The notes under the pieces: generated by a model
Told to the model about the DNA's origin: nothing
Databases searched by the model: none
Seen by the model: only the letters and a program-made list of their open reading frames with translations
Shown: positions 10,740-19,888 of the stretch, piece after piece
Numbering within the stretch: the stretch's first letter is position 1
Layout of the letters: each line of letters begins with the position of its first letter
Translations under genes and position numbers: made by a program
From: Candidatus Amesbacteria bacterium GW2011_GWC2_45_19
GTDB lineage: Bacteria; Patescibacteriota; Microgenomatia; CAZETR01; Amesbacteraceae
Length of the DNA stretch: 64,000 bases
Reading direction: 5' to 3'
Assembly: GCA_001001555.1 (NCBI GenBank)
Contig: LCKS01000002.1
Span: 7,074-71,073, forward strand

Positions 10740-10748
10740 GATCCTGCT

Positions 10749-12662
10749 ATGCCCGAAGAAACTTTAGTCCATCCCCTCGAAATTCAAATCCGCCGCTTTC
10801 CTCCGGTTCTCAAAATTATTTTGATCGTCCTGGCAGTTCTCTTGGGATTAACAGCCATGCTGGCAGTTTTGCTTGTCCCTCAAGTCAAAAAACTTCTGAC
10901 CTCGGTTGACCGGTTAAAAGCTTCCGGTGCTAGTGTAGTGGCTGCAGCCAAAGCCCAAGACCTCAAAGCCATTGATTCACAATTGGATGTAGTCGAAAAA
11001 GATCTGGCCCAACTCTCCAAAGATTATTCACAACTATCTTGGCTTAGAATCGTTCCCATTGCTAGCTTATACTACGCCGACGGTCAGCACGGCCTGAAAG
11101 CAGGTTCCGAAATTTTAGACGCCGCTAAAATTACCGTCGCAGCCATTGCCCCTTACGCTGATTTAGTTGGCCTCAAAGGACTGGCTACGTCAGGCGATGG
11201 TATGAAAACCGCTCAAGACAGAGTTAATTTCGTAGTTGAGACCTTGGATAAAGTCCGGCCCCGGCTAACGCAAATTGGGGAGAAACTGGCCGTGGCCCGG
11301 TCTGAAGCGGACAAAATTAAACCGTCCCGTTATCCCAAATACAGCTCCCAATTGACGTCTGGAATAGCTCTCATCGATCAAGCCGCCAGCCTGGTCAACG
11401 ACGCCAAACCGCTTTTAGAATCTGCCCCTTATATTTTGGGTAAAGATAATCCCCGTAAATATTTGGTTCTCTTTCAAAATGACGCCGAGCTCCGCCCCAC
11501 CGGCGGCTTCATGACCGCCTATGCGGTGATTGAAGTCAGTAAAGGTAAAATTAACATCGTTCAGTCCAACGATATTTATACTCTGGATGATAAATTCCCC
11601 AAGAAACTGCCCGCCCCCGAGCCCATCAAAAAATATCTGCCCAACGTTCCTTACTGGTATCTGCGCGACCAAAACCTGTCCCCTGATTTCAAAGTTTCCA
11701 TGGATACTTTTTACCCCAATTACCTGCTCACCAAATCTCCCGCCGTTGACGGTATTATTGCCGTGGATACCCAATTGCTGGTAGACCTGCTCAAAGTCAC
11801 CGGCCCCATCGGCGTTTCCGGTTTTGGCAACTACAGCGCCGAAATCGACAAACGCTGCAACTGCCCCCAGGTTTTTTATGAACTGGAAAAATTTGCAGAT
11901 ATAGAGGGCCCGGTAGTCTGGGATTCGGTCTCCGGAAAAATCGTTTTTCAACCCCGGAACTATGGAGACCGCAAGTCTTTTATTGGTCCCATGATGCACT
12001 CGGTTATGACCAACGTTTTTGCCCAGCCCAAGAAAAAAATGTCTGAATTATTCAACACCGCTCTGGACGCCATTAATGGCAAGCATGTCCAGTTTTACTT
12101 TATCAATCCCGACATTCAGCGCGCCGTCGAAAGTTTTAATCTAGCCGGGCGGGTTCGGGAGTACAGTGAGGATTATTTAATGGTGGTGGACACTAATTTC
12201 GCCGGGGCTAAAACCAACGCTTGGGTGACTTACGCTGCCGATCAAAAAATCGATGTGGCCGGTGACGGGACAGTTACCAAAATCCTGACCTTAACATATA
12301 AAAACCCCCAGCAATATTTCGTGGAAAAGGGCACCAATCTCAAGCTCAACGGCGTGTTCCGTGATTGGCTGCGGGTCTATGTGCCCCAAGGCAGCCAGCT
12401 TTTGGAAGCTAAAGGCTTTGAAACCGGCCAAAAAACTTCCGAGGATTTGGGCAAGACCGTCTTTGAGGGATTCTTTACGGTCACTCCGCTCAACGTCCGC
12501 ACCATTACTCTCAAATATAAACTGCCCATAAAGATCAAGTCTCCCTACAAACTACTCGTGCAAAAACAGGGGGGAGCCAAAAACTTCAATTACACTTTCA
12601 AAGTCAACGACAAAGCGTATCCTGAATTTCTGCTGACCGCCGATCATGAATTCGTATTCTGA
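10749..12662 (+). CDS. DUF4012-domain membrane-anchored protein
   Basis: YLVLFQNDAELRPTGGF, LRDQNLSPDF, VDGIIAVD, WLRVYVPQGSQL. Confidence 0.85.
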   Translation: MPEETLVHPLEIQIRRFPPVLKIILIVLAVLLGLTAMLAVLLVPQVKKLLTSVDRLKASGASVVAAAKAQDLKAIDSQLDVVEKDLAQLSKDYSQLSWLRIVPIASLYYADGQHGLKAGSEILDAAKITVAAIAPYADLVGLKGLATSGDGMKTAQDRVNFVVETLDKVRPRLTQIGEKLAVARSEADKIKPSRYPKYSSQLTSGIALIDQAASLVNDAKPLLESAPYILGKDNPRKYLVLFQNDAELRPTGGFMTAYAVIEVSKGKINIVQSNDIYTLDDKFPKKLPAPEPIKKYLPNVPYWYLRDQNLSPDFKVSMDTFYPNYLLTKSPAVDGIIAVDTQLLVDLLKVTGPIGVSGFGNYSAEIDKRCNCPQVFYELEKFADIEGPVVWDSVSGKIVFQPRNYGDRKSFIGPMMHSVMTNVFAQPKKKMSELFNTALDAINGKHVQFYFINPDIQRAVESFNLAGRVREYSEDYLMVVDTNFAGAKTNAWVTYAADQKIDVAGDGTVTKILTLTYKNPQQYFVEKGTNLKLNGVFRDWLRVYVPQGSQLLEAKGFETGQKTSEDLGKTVFEGFFTVTPLNVRTITLKYKLPIKIKSPYKLLVQKQGGAKNFNYTFKVNDKAYPEFLLTADHEFVF

Positions 12663-13191
12663 CCTTGGCATTGTCCTCAAAAGGTCAAACCTGGGCGAAG
12701 CGGATAAGCTGATCACCCTCTATACCCAACGTCATGGCAAAGTGACCGCCATTGCCCGGGGATTGCGCAAACCCAACTCCAAGCGGGCCGGATCCCTGGA
12801 GTTATTCAATGTGATTAAGTCCTCTTTCATCAAGGGAAAGGGGGGTTTAGATACCCTGGCCGAGGTGCAAATCCTGGCTTCGTTTCCTGCCTGGCGCCAG
12901 TATCTGGGCCGGGTTAACCTGGCTTATCAGTTGGCGGAAGTAGTGGACAAACTTACTCCAGACCATCAGCCTCACCCGGAAATCTTTGAAATTCTTTCTT
13001 TAGCCTTATCCCAAATCTCCAGTCTCGGTTCAGATTGGGAATTAAAAATTAAAAACTTAAAACTAAAAATTTTGGTGGAACTGGGCTACTGGCCAAGGAC
13101 CAAGGAATTCATTGGAGAGATTGATCAATTTATCGAAGGGCTAATCAACCGCCCCCTCAATTCCTCCAAGCTCCTAGAAAAACTAAGATAA
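12646..13191 (+). CDS. recO: DNA repair protein RecO
   Basis: GIVLKRSNLGEADKLITLYTQRHGKVTAIARGLRKPNSKRAGSLELF. Confidence 0.93.
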   Translation: MNSYSDLGIVLKRSNLGEADKLITLYTQRHGKVTAIARGLRKPNSKRAGSLELFNVIKSSFIKGKGGLDTLAEVQILASFPAWRQYLGRVNLAYQLAEVVDKLTPDHQPHPEIFEILSLALSQISSLGSDWELKIKNLKLKILVELGYWPRTKEFIGEIDQFIEGLINRPLNSSKLLEKLR

Positions 13192-13195
13192 TAAT

Positions 13196-13233
13196 TATTT
13201 GTTAAATACAACGGTCGTGAAATTTGACAAATA
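13196..13233. repeat. 38-bp palindromic direct repeat, left copy
   Basis: TATTTGTTAAATACAACGGTCGTGAAATTTGACAAATA; 33/38 identical to 13805-13842; arms are self-complementary. Confidence 0.9.
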
Positions 13234-13258
13234 ATAATGAAAAGAAAATAATAAATCA

Positions 13259-13804
13259 GTGAATAAAAGAAAAGTAACTGTTGGAGGAATTCTAAAGTTG
13301 ATAAACGACGCTGGAGAAATCTTTTTACCTCTGACCAGGAAAGGAACATATAGACAATTGTACTCACCTCGGATCTTGAGTCTGGAGGATTATTTTCCAT
13401 CTGAAATAAAAAGAGTGGCCAGCAGATTAATCCGTAAGGGACATGTGCAAAAAGAAGAAACTTCCGATGGTTGGATAATAAAAATTACTAATAAAGGAAA
13501 GAACGAGATATTAAAATTCAGACTGGAAGAATTTAAACCCAAAAAAGATAAATGGGACGGATTATGGCGACTGGTATTTTTTGACATAGAAGAGGTCAAT
13601 AGGAAGAAAAGAGACATGCTACGGAAATATTTAAAGAAACTGGGACTCAAACAAATGCAGGAAAGTGTATGGGTTGGCCCATTTGATGTAAGTTCTGAAG
13701 TCAAATACTTACGCGAGGTATTGGACGTTCCTCACGAGGTAAAAATTGGGGTGATGAAAGAGTTGGAAAACGCCGAAGATTTAAAAGGATGGTTTGAACT
13801 ATGA
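13259..13804 (+). CDS. PaaX-like protein (short wHTH plus PaaX central, Cas2-like ferredoxin-fold domain)
   Basis: RLIRKGHV...ITNKG (wHTH), then KWDGLWRLVFFDIEE..RKKRDMLRKYLKKLGLKQMQESVWV. AT-rich compared with flanking genes. Confidence 0.85.
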   Translation: MNKRKVTVGGILKLINDAGEIFLPLTRKGTYRQLYSPRILSLEDYFPSEIKRVASRLIRKGHVQKEETSDGWIIKITNKGKNEILKFRLEEFKPKKDKWDGLWRLVFFDIEEVNRKKRDMLRKYLKKLGLKQMQESVWVGPFDVSSEVKYLREVLDVPHEVKIGVMKELENAEDLKGWFEL

Positions 13805-13842
13805 TATTTGTTAAATTCAACGGTCGTGATGAATGACAAATA
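13805..13842. repeat. 38-bp palindromic direct repeat, right copy
   Basis: TATTTGTTAAATTCAACGGTCGTGATGAATGACAAATA, starting immediately after the TGA of the PaaX-like gene. Confidence 0.9.
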
Positions 13843-13879
13843 TTATGTGAGATGGAGTTTTTGTAGTAAACTTAAAGTC

Positions 13880-15151
13880 ATGGATCTGATGGAAAAAATC
13901 GTCAGCCTGTGCAAGAGAAGGGGATTTGTATTTCCCGGAAGTGAAATTTATGGCGGGATGGCTAACTCTTGGGATTTTGGCCCGGTTGGCGCCCAACTCA
14001 AAAAAAATATCAAGGATCTGTGGTGGAAAACTTTTGTGGAAAGCCGGGATGACGTTGTGGGTTTGGATGCCACCATAATCATGAACCCCAAAGTTTGGGA
14101 AGCCTCGGGTCACATAGAAGGGTTTTCCGATCCATTAGTCGAATGTAAGTCTTGCCACAACCGCTTTCGGGCCGACCAAATTGACATTAAAGATGTCTGC
14201 TCCGATTGCGGTAAAAAAGACTGGAGTCCGGTAAAAAATTTCAATCTCATGTTAAAAACTTTCCTCGGCCCAGCAGAAGATTCCGCCCACGCAGCTTATC
14301 TGCGCCCCGAAACCGCCCAGGCCATGTTTGTGGATTTCAAAAATGTTCTTTCCTCTAACCCAAAAAAGTTGCCATTTGGTATAGCTCAAATGGGAAAAGC
14401 TTTCAGGAACGAAATTACTACGGGAAACTTTTTGTTTAGATTGCGCGAGTTTGAAATGATGGAGATTGAGTACTTCGTTCACGAAAAAGATTGGAAAGAA
14501 GCGTTTGAGATGTGGCGGAAAGAAATGTGGAATTGGTTTGAATTAATGGGTATCGATAAAACCAAAATTCACGAACACGAAATTCCTGACGGGGAAAGAG
14601 CGCATTATTCCCAAAGAACTATAGACTTTGAGTTTGAGTATCCCTTTGGACAAAAAGAACTATACGGCTTGGCTTATCGCACCGATTATGACTTGAAGAG
14701 GCAGCAAGAGTTTTCAGGGCAAGATTTATCATACGCAGGTATAATGCCCCATGTCATAGAACCAACTTGGGGAGTAGATAGAACATTTTTAGCCGTTATG
14801 CTTTCTGCCTATCATGAAGACGAAAAGAGAGTTATTCTTAAACTTCATCCCAAACTCGCTCCATATAAAGTTGCCGTTTTTCCGCTGGTGGCCAATAAGG
14901 AGAACATCGTTAAAAAAGCCCGGGAAGTTTACCAGTTACTGAAACCAGTTACAGTTACTACATGGGATGACCGCGGCAACATCGGCAAAAGATATTACGC
15001 CCAGGACGAAATCGGTACTCCCTGGTGTGTAACTATCGATTATCAGACTTTGAAAGATGATACTGTCACCGTGCGCGACCGGGACACCGCCCAACAAGTG
15101 CGCGTGGCAGTTTCTGAACTTGACAGTTATTTCCCAGAAAAGTTAAAGTGA
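13880..15151 (+). CDS. glyQS: Glycine--tRNA ligase (alpha2 homodimeric type)
   Basis: LCKRRGFVFPGSEIYGG, YLRPETAQ, GKAFRNEIT, FRLREFEMME, IGKRY..QDEIGTPWC. Start placed at ATG 13880. Confidence 0.97.
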   Translation: MDLMEKIVSLCKRRGFVFPGSEIYGGMANSWDFGPVGAQLKKNIKDLWWKTFVESRDDVVGLDATIIMNPKVWEASGHIEGFSDPLVECKSCHNRFRADQIDIKDVCSDCGKKDWSPVKNFNLMLKTFLGPAEDSAHAAYLRPETAQAMFVDFKNVLSSNPKKLPFGIAQMGKAFRNEITTGNFLFRLREFEMMEIEYFVHEKDWKEAFEMWRKEMWNWFELMGIDKTKIHEHEIPDGERAHYSQRTIDFEFEYPFGQKELYGLAYRTDYDLKRQQEFSGQDLSYAGIMPHVIEPTWGVDRTFLAVMLSAYHEDEKRVILKLHPKLAPYKVAVFPLVANKENIVKKAREVYQLLKPVTVTTWDDRGNIGKRYYAQDEIGTPWCVTIDYQTLKDDTVTVRDRDTAQQVRVAVSELDSYFPEKLK

Positions 15152-15155
15152 ACTT

Positions 15156-15641
15156 GTGAACAAGTGGCTGCCCATTGTAGGTGCGATAGGAACCTTGGGA
15201 CTTAGTGCCGGGGTGCTTTTGTATTTCAAAGGCCAACCCAATTCTCCCTTACCCACCCCAACTCCCACCCTCGAAGTAGCTGTCCAGCTCACGGCAAACA
15301 AGCAACCTCAAATTGAACTTAAATTCAGCTCCGATGGCCATTACGTCACCGTCTCCTTATCTAATCTCTATGCCGACCAATTGGAATACAATCTCATCTA
15401 TGACGCTTCCGTCAAAGGCAGTAAACTTCAGACCGGTGTCAATTCCACGGCCAGCATTACTGGCAAAACGACATTTTCTCAAAAACAGCTATTAGGTTCC
15501 GAATCCTCCGGCAAATTCACCTATCACGAAAAAATTGCCAATGCGGTGATGGAGCTCACCCTGCGCGACGTCTCCGGCCGGTCCATCTTTACTTCTACGT
15601 ATCCCTTCACCGTCACCCCCGGCTCCTCCGCGAAACTTTAA
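15156..15641 (+). CDS. Hypothetical secreted or membrane-anchored protein
   Basis: N-terminal TM, PT linker, LLGSESSGKF motif. Confidence 0.7.
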   Translation: MNKWLPIVGAIGTLGLSAGVLLYFKGQPNSPLPTPTPTLEVAVQLTANKQPQIELKFSSDGHYVTVSLSNLYADQLEYNLIYDASVKGSKLQTGVNSTASITGKTTFSQKQLLGSESSGKFTYHEKIANAVMELTLRDVSGRSIFTSTYPFTVTPGSSAKL

Positions 15642-15668
15642 CGCACAAGGCTTCGGCTTTTATTAGTC

Positions 15669-15720
15669 TTGACACCGTGTGAAAATGGGGTCATAGTGGT
15701 AGGAAGTGGTAAAAAGTGGT
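15669..15720 (+). promoter_or_regulatory. dcw promoter with MraZ-binding direct repeats
   Basis: TTGACA at 15669 and CATAGT 17 bp later. AGTGGT repeats at 10-bp period (15695, 15705, 15715) directly upstream of mraZ. Confidence 0.8.
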
Positions 15721-15731
15721 AAAACAATGAC

Positions 15732-16157
15732 ATGTTTATCGGACAATATGAACATTCTCTCGAAGCCAAAGGCCGCCTCTCCGTCCCCAGCAAATTCCGT
15801 TCTCAATTGGCCGATGGGGCCGTCCTGTCCCAGGGACTAGACGGCTGTTTATTTTTATATCCCCAGGCCGTCTGGGATTCGCTCATTACCAAGTTATCCC
15901 AATTACCCTTAACCAAACAGACTGCCCGTAGTTTTACGCGCAGCCTGTCCTACGGCGCCACAGAGGTAGAGATTGATTCTCTGGGGCGGATCTTGGTTCC
16001 GGACTATCTGCGCGGGTTTGCCGGCCTCAAAACCGCTTGCATTATCGCCGGAGCCGTAGACAGGGTGGAAATTTGGGATAAATCCAAATTTGTCAGCTAT
16101 ACGCAAACCATTAATTCACACCGGGAAGAGATAGCTGAAAAACTTGAGATTTCATAA
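15732..16157 (+). CDS. mraZ: Transcriptional regulator MraZ
   Basis: MFIGQYEHSLEAKGRLSVPSKFR, GLDGCLFLYP, DSLGRILVP, RVEIWD. Confidence 0.96.
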   Translation: MFIGQYEHSLEAKGRLSVPSKFRSQLADGAVLSQGLDGCLFLYPQAVWDSLITKLSQLPLTKQTARSFTRSLSYGATEVEIDSLGRILVPDYLRGFAGLKTACIIAGAVDRVEIWDKSKFVSYTQTINSHREEIAEKLEIS

Positions 16158-16950
16158 ATCCGTACTTTTACAACCAGCTTGTCACTTTTTAGCCGTAAAA
16201 TCAGGCGGTCACTATGTAGACTGCACATTAGGCGGCGGGGGACACGCGGCCGAAATCTTACGCCAGGGAGGAAAAGTTTTAGGGTTGGACCAGGATCCAG
16301 ATGCTATTTCTGCCTGCCTTGCCCTTCCGAAGCCGTTAGGCGAAGGAGGGCCTGATCTGATTTTAGTCCAATCTAATTTTATTCACCTGGCGGAGGTCGT
16401 CTCTGCACATCATTGGCAGCCGGTGTTAGGGGTATTGCTTGATTTGGGCGTCTCCGAACACCAAATTAATACTCCCGGCCGCGGCTTTTCTTTCCAAGAG
16501 TCGGGACTGCTAGATATGCGCATGGATCCCAACTTGCCCAATACTGCGGCCACGCTAGTTAACCAGTTATCAGTTAACCAGTTAACCAGTTTACTGCGCG
16601 ACTTCGGTGAAATACCTGTAGCCAAACTACTGGCCGTCAAGATCATCGCTGCCAGGCCGCTGACCACAACTGATCAACTGGCAGCCATTACTGGTAAGTG
16701 GTCCCGCCAGGCCTTTCAAGCGCTGCGTATCGCCGTCAACGACGAACTGGGGGCGCTTAAGGAAATTTTGTCCCAGGCCCAGCAAATTCTGGCTCCCGGC
16801 GGCCGGCTGGTAGTTATCAGTTTTCATTCCCTGGAGGATAGGATTGTCAAACACACGCTGAAAAACATGCCGTCTTTAACTCCCAAGCCGGTCATAGGCG
16901 AAAAAGGTGCCAAGCTGAGAGCATATGTTAAAACTATTAATCATTATTAA
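16144..16950 (+). CDS. rsmH: 16S rRNA m4C1402 methyltransferase
   Basis: HKSVLL, VDCTLGGGGHA, DLGVS, LDMRMD, FQALRIAVNDEL, ISFHSLEDRIVK. Confidence 0.95.
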   Translation: MRFHKSVLLQPACHFLAVKSGGHYVDCTLGGGGHAAEILRQGGKVLGLDQDPDAISACLALPKPLGEGGPDLILVQSNFIHLAEVVSAHHWQPVLGVLLDLGVSEHQINTPGRGFSFQESGLLDMRMDPNLPNTAATLVNQLSVNQLTSLLRDFGEIPVAKLLAVKIIAARPLTTTDQLAAITGKWSRQAFQALRIAVNDELGALKEILSQAQQILAPGGRLVVISFHSLEDRIVKHTLKNMPSLTPKPVIGEKGAKLRAYVKTINHY

Positions 16951-17128
16951 TCTTCTCCTGCTTTCCGGGCAGGTAGTTTTGTCGTTTGGCAGGGCTACCC
17001 AAGGGAGCGAATTGGGCCGCTTGCAAAATCAGGCGCAGACTTTGGCCGCACAGAATCAACGTCTCCGCGAGGCTATCTATTCTTCGTCCTCCCTGTCTCA
17101 CATTTGGACTCTGGCCCAAAAACCATGA
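16925..17128 (+). CDS. Putative FtsL-like cell division protein
   Basis: TM plus coiled coil, located between rsmH and the class B PBP. Confidence 0.55.
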   Translation: MLKLLIIINLLLLSGQVVLSFGRATQGSELGRLQNQAQTLAAQNQRLREAIYSSSSLSHIWTLAQKP

Positions 17129-18762
17129 ACCGGCGCCTTTCTGTAATTCAGGCAATTTTTATTCTTTTTTCTTTGGGTATTGTCCTGCGTTTGGGCTATT
17201 GGCAAATTGTCAAAGCGGCAGATCTAGCCGCCGAGGCAGCTTGGCAAAGACAAAGTTTTCTGGAAATTCCCAGTCCCCGGGGAGCCATTTTGAGTTCGGA
17301 CGGTTTTCCTCTGGTCACCAATCAGGAAGCCTACTTATTTTATGTTAATCCCCGGCAGTTTATTTTTTCCGAAAAGCTAAGCCAATTGTTACCTGCTTCC
17401 GCCAGTGCCCGGCTGGCCAATATTCCTGCTAATTTGGGTTGGTTTCTCATCGCCCGTCACTTACCGGTTTCTCTCCGCGATCAAATCCAAAGCTTGAAGT
17501 TGGACGCTATCGGTTTTGAACCCGATCCCAGCCGTCTCTATCCCGAAGCCAGCTCCAGCGCCCACCTCCTGGGATTTGTGGGTCAGGATTCCGCCGGCCG
17601 TCCTCAAGGCTACTTTGGTCTGGAAGGATATTATAATCGGCAACTCACCGGCCTTCCCGGTAAATTAGTTCAGGAAAAAGACGCTCTCAACCGGCCAATT
17701 TTAATCGGTACTTCAAACTTACTGCCTCCCCAGCCCGGCAGCGCCTTAACGACCTCGATCAACCGCACTCTGCAGTTTATTGCATATCAAAAACTGGCGG
17801 CTGCCCTGACCAGATACGGCGCTGTCTCTGGTACAGTTTCAATTATGGAACCATCTACCGGCCGGATTTTGGCCATGGTCAGCTTGCCTAACTACGACCC
17901 TTCTGATTTTGGCAGGTTCGATCAACAAATTTACAAAAACCCCATTATTTCCGACGCCTACGAACCGGGATCAATTTTTAAAACTGTGGTCATGGCGGCG
18001 GCCCTGGACGCCCAAGCCGTCCAGCCGGACACAGTATGCGATATCTGTACCGGCCCGGTAGCCGTCTCCGACTACGTTATTAAAACCTGGAACGACAAGT
18101 ACTATCCTAAAAGCACCATGACCGAGGTCATCCAACATTCAGACAACGTAGGCATGGTTTTTGTCAGCCGCCGCCTGGGAAAGCGCAAACTGATTAGCTA
18201 CTTGAAAAAATTCGGAGTTGGGCAACTGACCGGTGTGGATTTGCAGGAAGAAAGTTCACCCCAACTCCGGCCCGAATCGGCCTGGATGGATATTGATCCG
18301 GCTACGGCATCATTCGGTCAGGGCATTGCCGTCACTCCTTTGCAGATGCTGCGGGCTGTCTCCGTTATAGCTAACCGTGGACTTTTGCCCAAACCTCAAG
18401 TTGTGGACAAAATTAATAATAAAGCGATCCTTCCCTCGCCGCCGACCCAGGTCATTTCCTCAATGGCTGCCGCCCAAATGGCCTTGATGATGGTTAACGC
18501 CGTGGATCTTGGAGAAGCCAAATGGGCCAAGCCAAAGGGGTTCAGTATCGCCGGAAAAACCGGTACCGCCCAAATCCCGGTTTCCGGTCACTATGACGCA
18601 GATAAAACCATCGCCTCGTTTGTGGGTTTTGCTCCGGCAGATCAGCCTAAGTTTGCCATGCTGATTACTTTGCGCGAGCCCAAATCTTCCCCTTGGGGAA
18701 GTGAAACCGCCGCCCCTTTGTGGTTTGATATCGCTCGTGAGGTATTCCGTTTGCTAAAATGA
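17125..18762 (+). CDS. ftsI: Class B penicillin-binding protein (FtsI/PBP3-like)
   Basis: RGAILS dimerization domain, YEPGSIFK (SxxK), SDNVG (SxN), GKTGTAQ (KTG). Confidence 0.92.
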   Translation: MNRRLSVIQAIFILFSLGIVLRLGYWQIVKAADLAAEAAWQRQSFLEIPSPRGAILSSDGFPLVTNQEAYLFYVNPRQFIFSEKLSQLLPASASARLANIPANLGWFLIARHLPVSLRDQIQSLKLDAIGFEPDPSRLYPEASSSAHLLGFVGQDSAGRPQGYFGLEGYYNRQLTGLPGKLVQEKDALNRPILIGTSNLLPPQPGSALTTSINRTLQFIAYQKLAAALTRYGAVSGTVSIMEPSTGRILAMVSLPNYDPSDFGRFDQQIYKNPIISDAYEPGSIFKTVVMAAALDAQAVQPDTVCDICTGPVAVSDYVIKTWNDKYYPKSTMTEVIQHSDNVGMVFVSRRLGKRKLISYLKKFGVGQLTGVDLQEESSPQLRPESAWMDIDPATASFGQGIAVTPLQMLRAVSVIANRGLLPKPQVVDKINNKAILPSPPTQVISSMAAAQMALMMVNAVDLGEAKWAKPKGFSIAGKTGTAQIPVSGHYDADKTIASFVGFAPADQPKFAMLITLREPKSSPWGSETAAPLWFDIAREVFRLLK

Positions 18763-18866
18763 AACCAATGTCCCGTTTCCACACTATCTCTTTCCGCCAT
18801 GCTTGGATAAGTACTGTCATTATTGCTGTTATTATCTTCATCCCTAAAATATGGCGCTTTATTTAG
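18759..18866 (+). pseudogene. Probable internally deleted diacylglycerol/undecaprenol kinase (DgkA family) remnant
   Basis: 35-aa ORF MKPMSRFHTISFRHAWISTVIIAVIIFIPKIWRFI joins a DgkA-like N-terminus (SFRHAW) to a DgkA-like C-terminus (IIFIPKI). Confidence 0.5.
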
Positions 18867-19888
18867 GCATTTTAATTTTTTCGTTTATTGTTACCAGTAT
18901 TGCCATCGTCCCTTTCATTGATTATCTCTATCGTCTGCGTTTCACCAGGAGAGACGAACGGGCGGACATAACAGCCACTGATACCCCGGAATTCCGCAAA
19001 TTACACCAACTACATAGCAAAAAAGTCGGCACTCCCATCGGCGGGGGAGTACTTATTATCACTCTCGTTACTCTTCTTTACGCCTTACTTTTTCCCATTA
19101 TTAGCCGCCTGGGAGTGTATATCACCTCGGCTTTTCCCATTAAAGAGGAACTAAATATTATTTTCTTCACTTTTATATCTTTCGGCCTGCTGGGCCTCTA
19201 CGACGACATTATGAAAATATTCGGCTTTGCCAAAACCGGTTTTTTTGGCTTGCGGGTCAGACACAAACTGATTATTCAAATTCTTCTTTCCGTCACTATC
19301 GCCAGCATGCTCTTTTTTAACCTGCGTGTTCAAATTGTCAACATCCCCAACATTGGCATCTTAAATTTGGGATGGCTGTATATCCCCCTGGCCGCCTTTT
19401 TAATCACTGCTTTTACTAACTCCTTTGACTTCACTGACGGGTTGGACGGCCTGTCCTGCGGCGCCCTCCTGATCTGTCTGCTGGCCTTTTGGGCTCTAGC
19501 CGTGGCCTCTTTGGACACGCCGCTCTCAATTTTTATCGCCCTCTGGATTGGCGGTTTGATTGCCTTTTTGTACTTTAATGTCTACCCGGCCCGTATTTGG
19601 CTGGGTAATGCCGGGGGGCTGGCTTTTGGCGCTACCCTGGCAGTGGTAGGGTTGCTTTTGGGGAAAATAGTCGCCTTACTGGTCATCGGGGGCATATTTA
19701 TAGTTGAAGGTGGTAGCAGTTTTTTGCAAATTATGTCCCGTAAGCTGTTCAACCGCCGTGTCTTTCCCATTGCCCCTATCCATCACCTGTTGCAGGTCCG
19801 GGGTTGGGAAGAACCCAAAATTGTCATGCGGGCCTGGTTGGCCGGTATTATGTTAGCCATTTTTGGCCTGTGGCTCGCTCAGCTTTAA
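18851..19888 (+). CDS. mraY: Phospho-N-acetylmuramoyl-pentapeptide transferase
   Basis: KVGTPIGGG, GLYDD, TDGLDGL, FLYFNVYPARI, APIHH, GWEEPKIVMR. Confidence 0.95.
   Translation: MALYLGILIFSFIVTSIAIVPFIDYLYRLRFTRRDERADITATDTPEFRKLHQLHSKKVGTPIGGGVLIITLVTLLYALLFPIISRLGVYITSAFPIKEELNIIFFTFISFGLLGLYDDIMKIFGFAKTGFFGLRVRHKLIIQILLSVTIASMLFFNLRVQIVNIPNIGILNLGWLYIPLAAFLITAFTNSFDFTDGLDGLSCGALLICLLAFWALAVASLDTPLSIFIALWIGGLIAFLYFNVYPARIWLGNAGGLAFGATLAVVGLLLGKIVALLVIGGIFIVEGGSSFLQIMSRKLFNRRVFPIAPIHHLLQVRGWEEPKIVMRAWLAGIMLAIFGLWLAQL

Noticed and set aside
13196-13842. CRISPR array with a cas2 gene
   Set aside because: Only two repeats, separated by a 571-bp gene-containing interval rather than a spacer; no cas1 or effector genes in the window.
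13808-13879. N-terminal extension of GlyRS in the ORF track
   Set aside because: It is read-through of the palindromic repeat and promoter region; family similarity begins at MDLMEK (13880).
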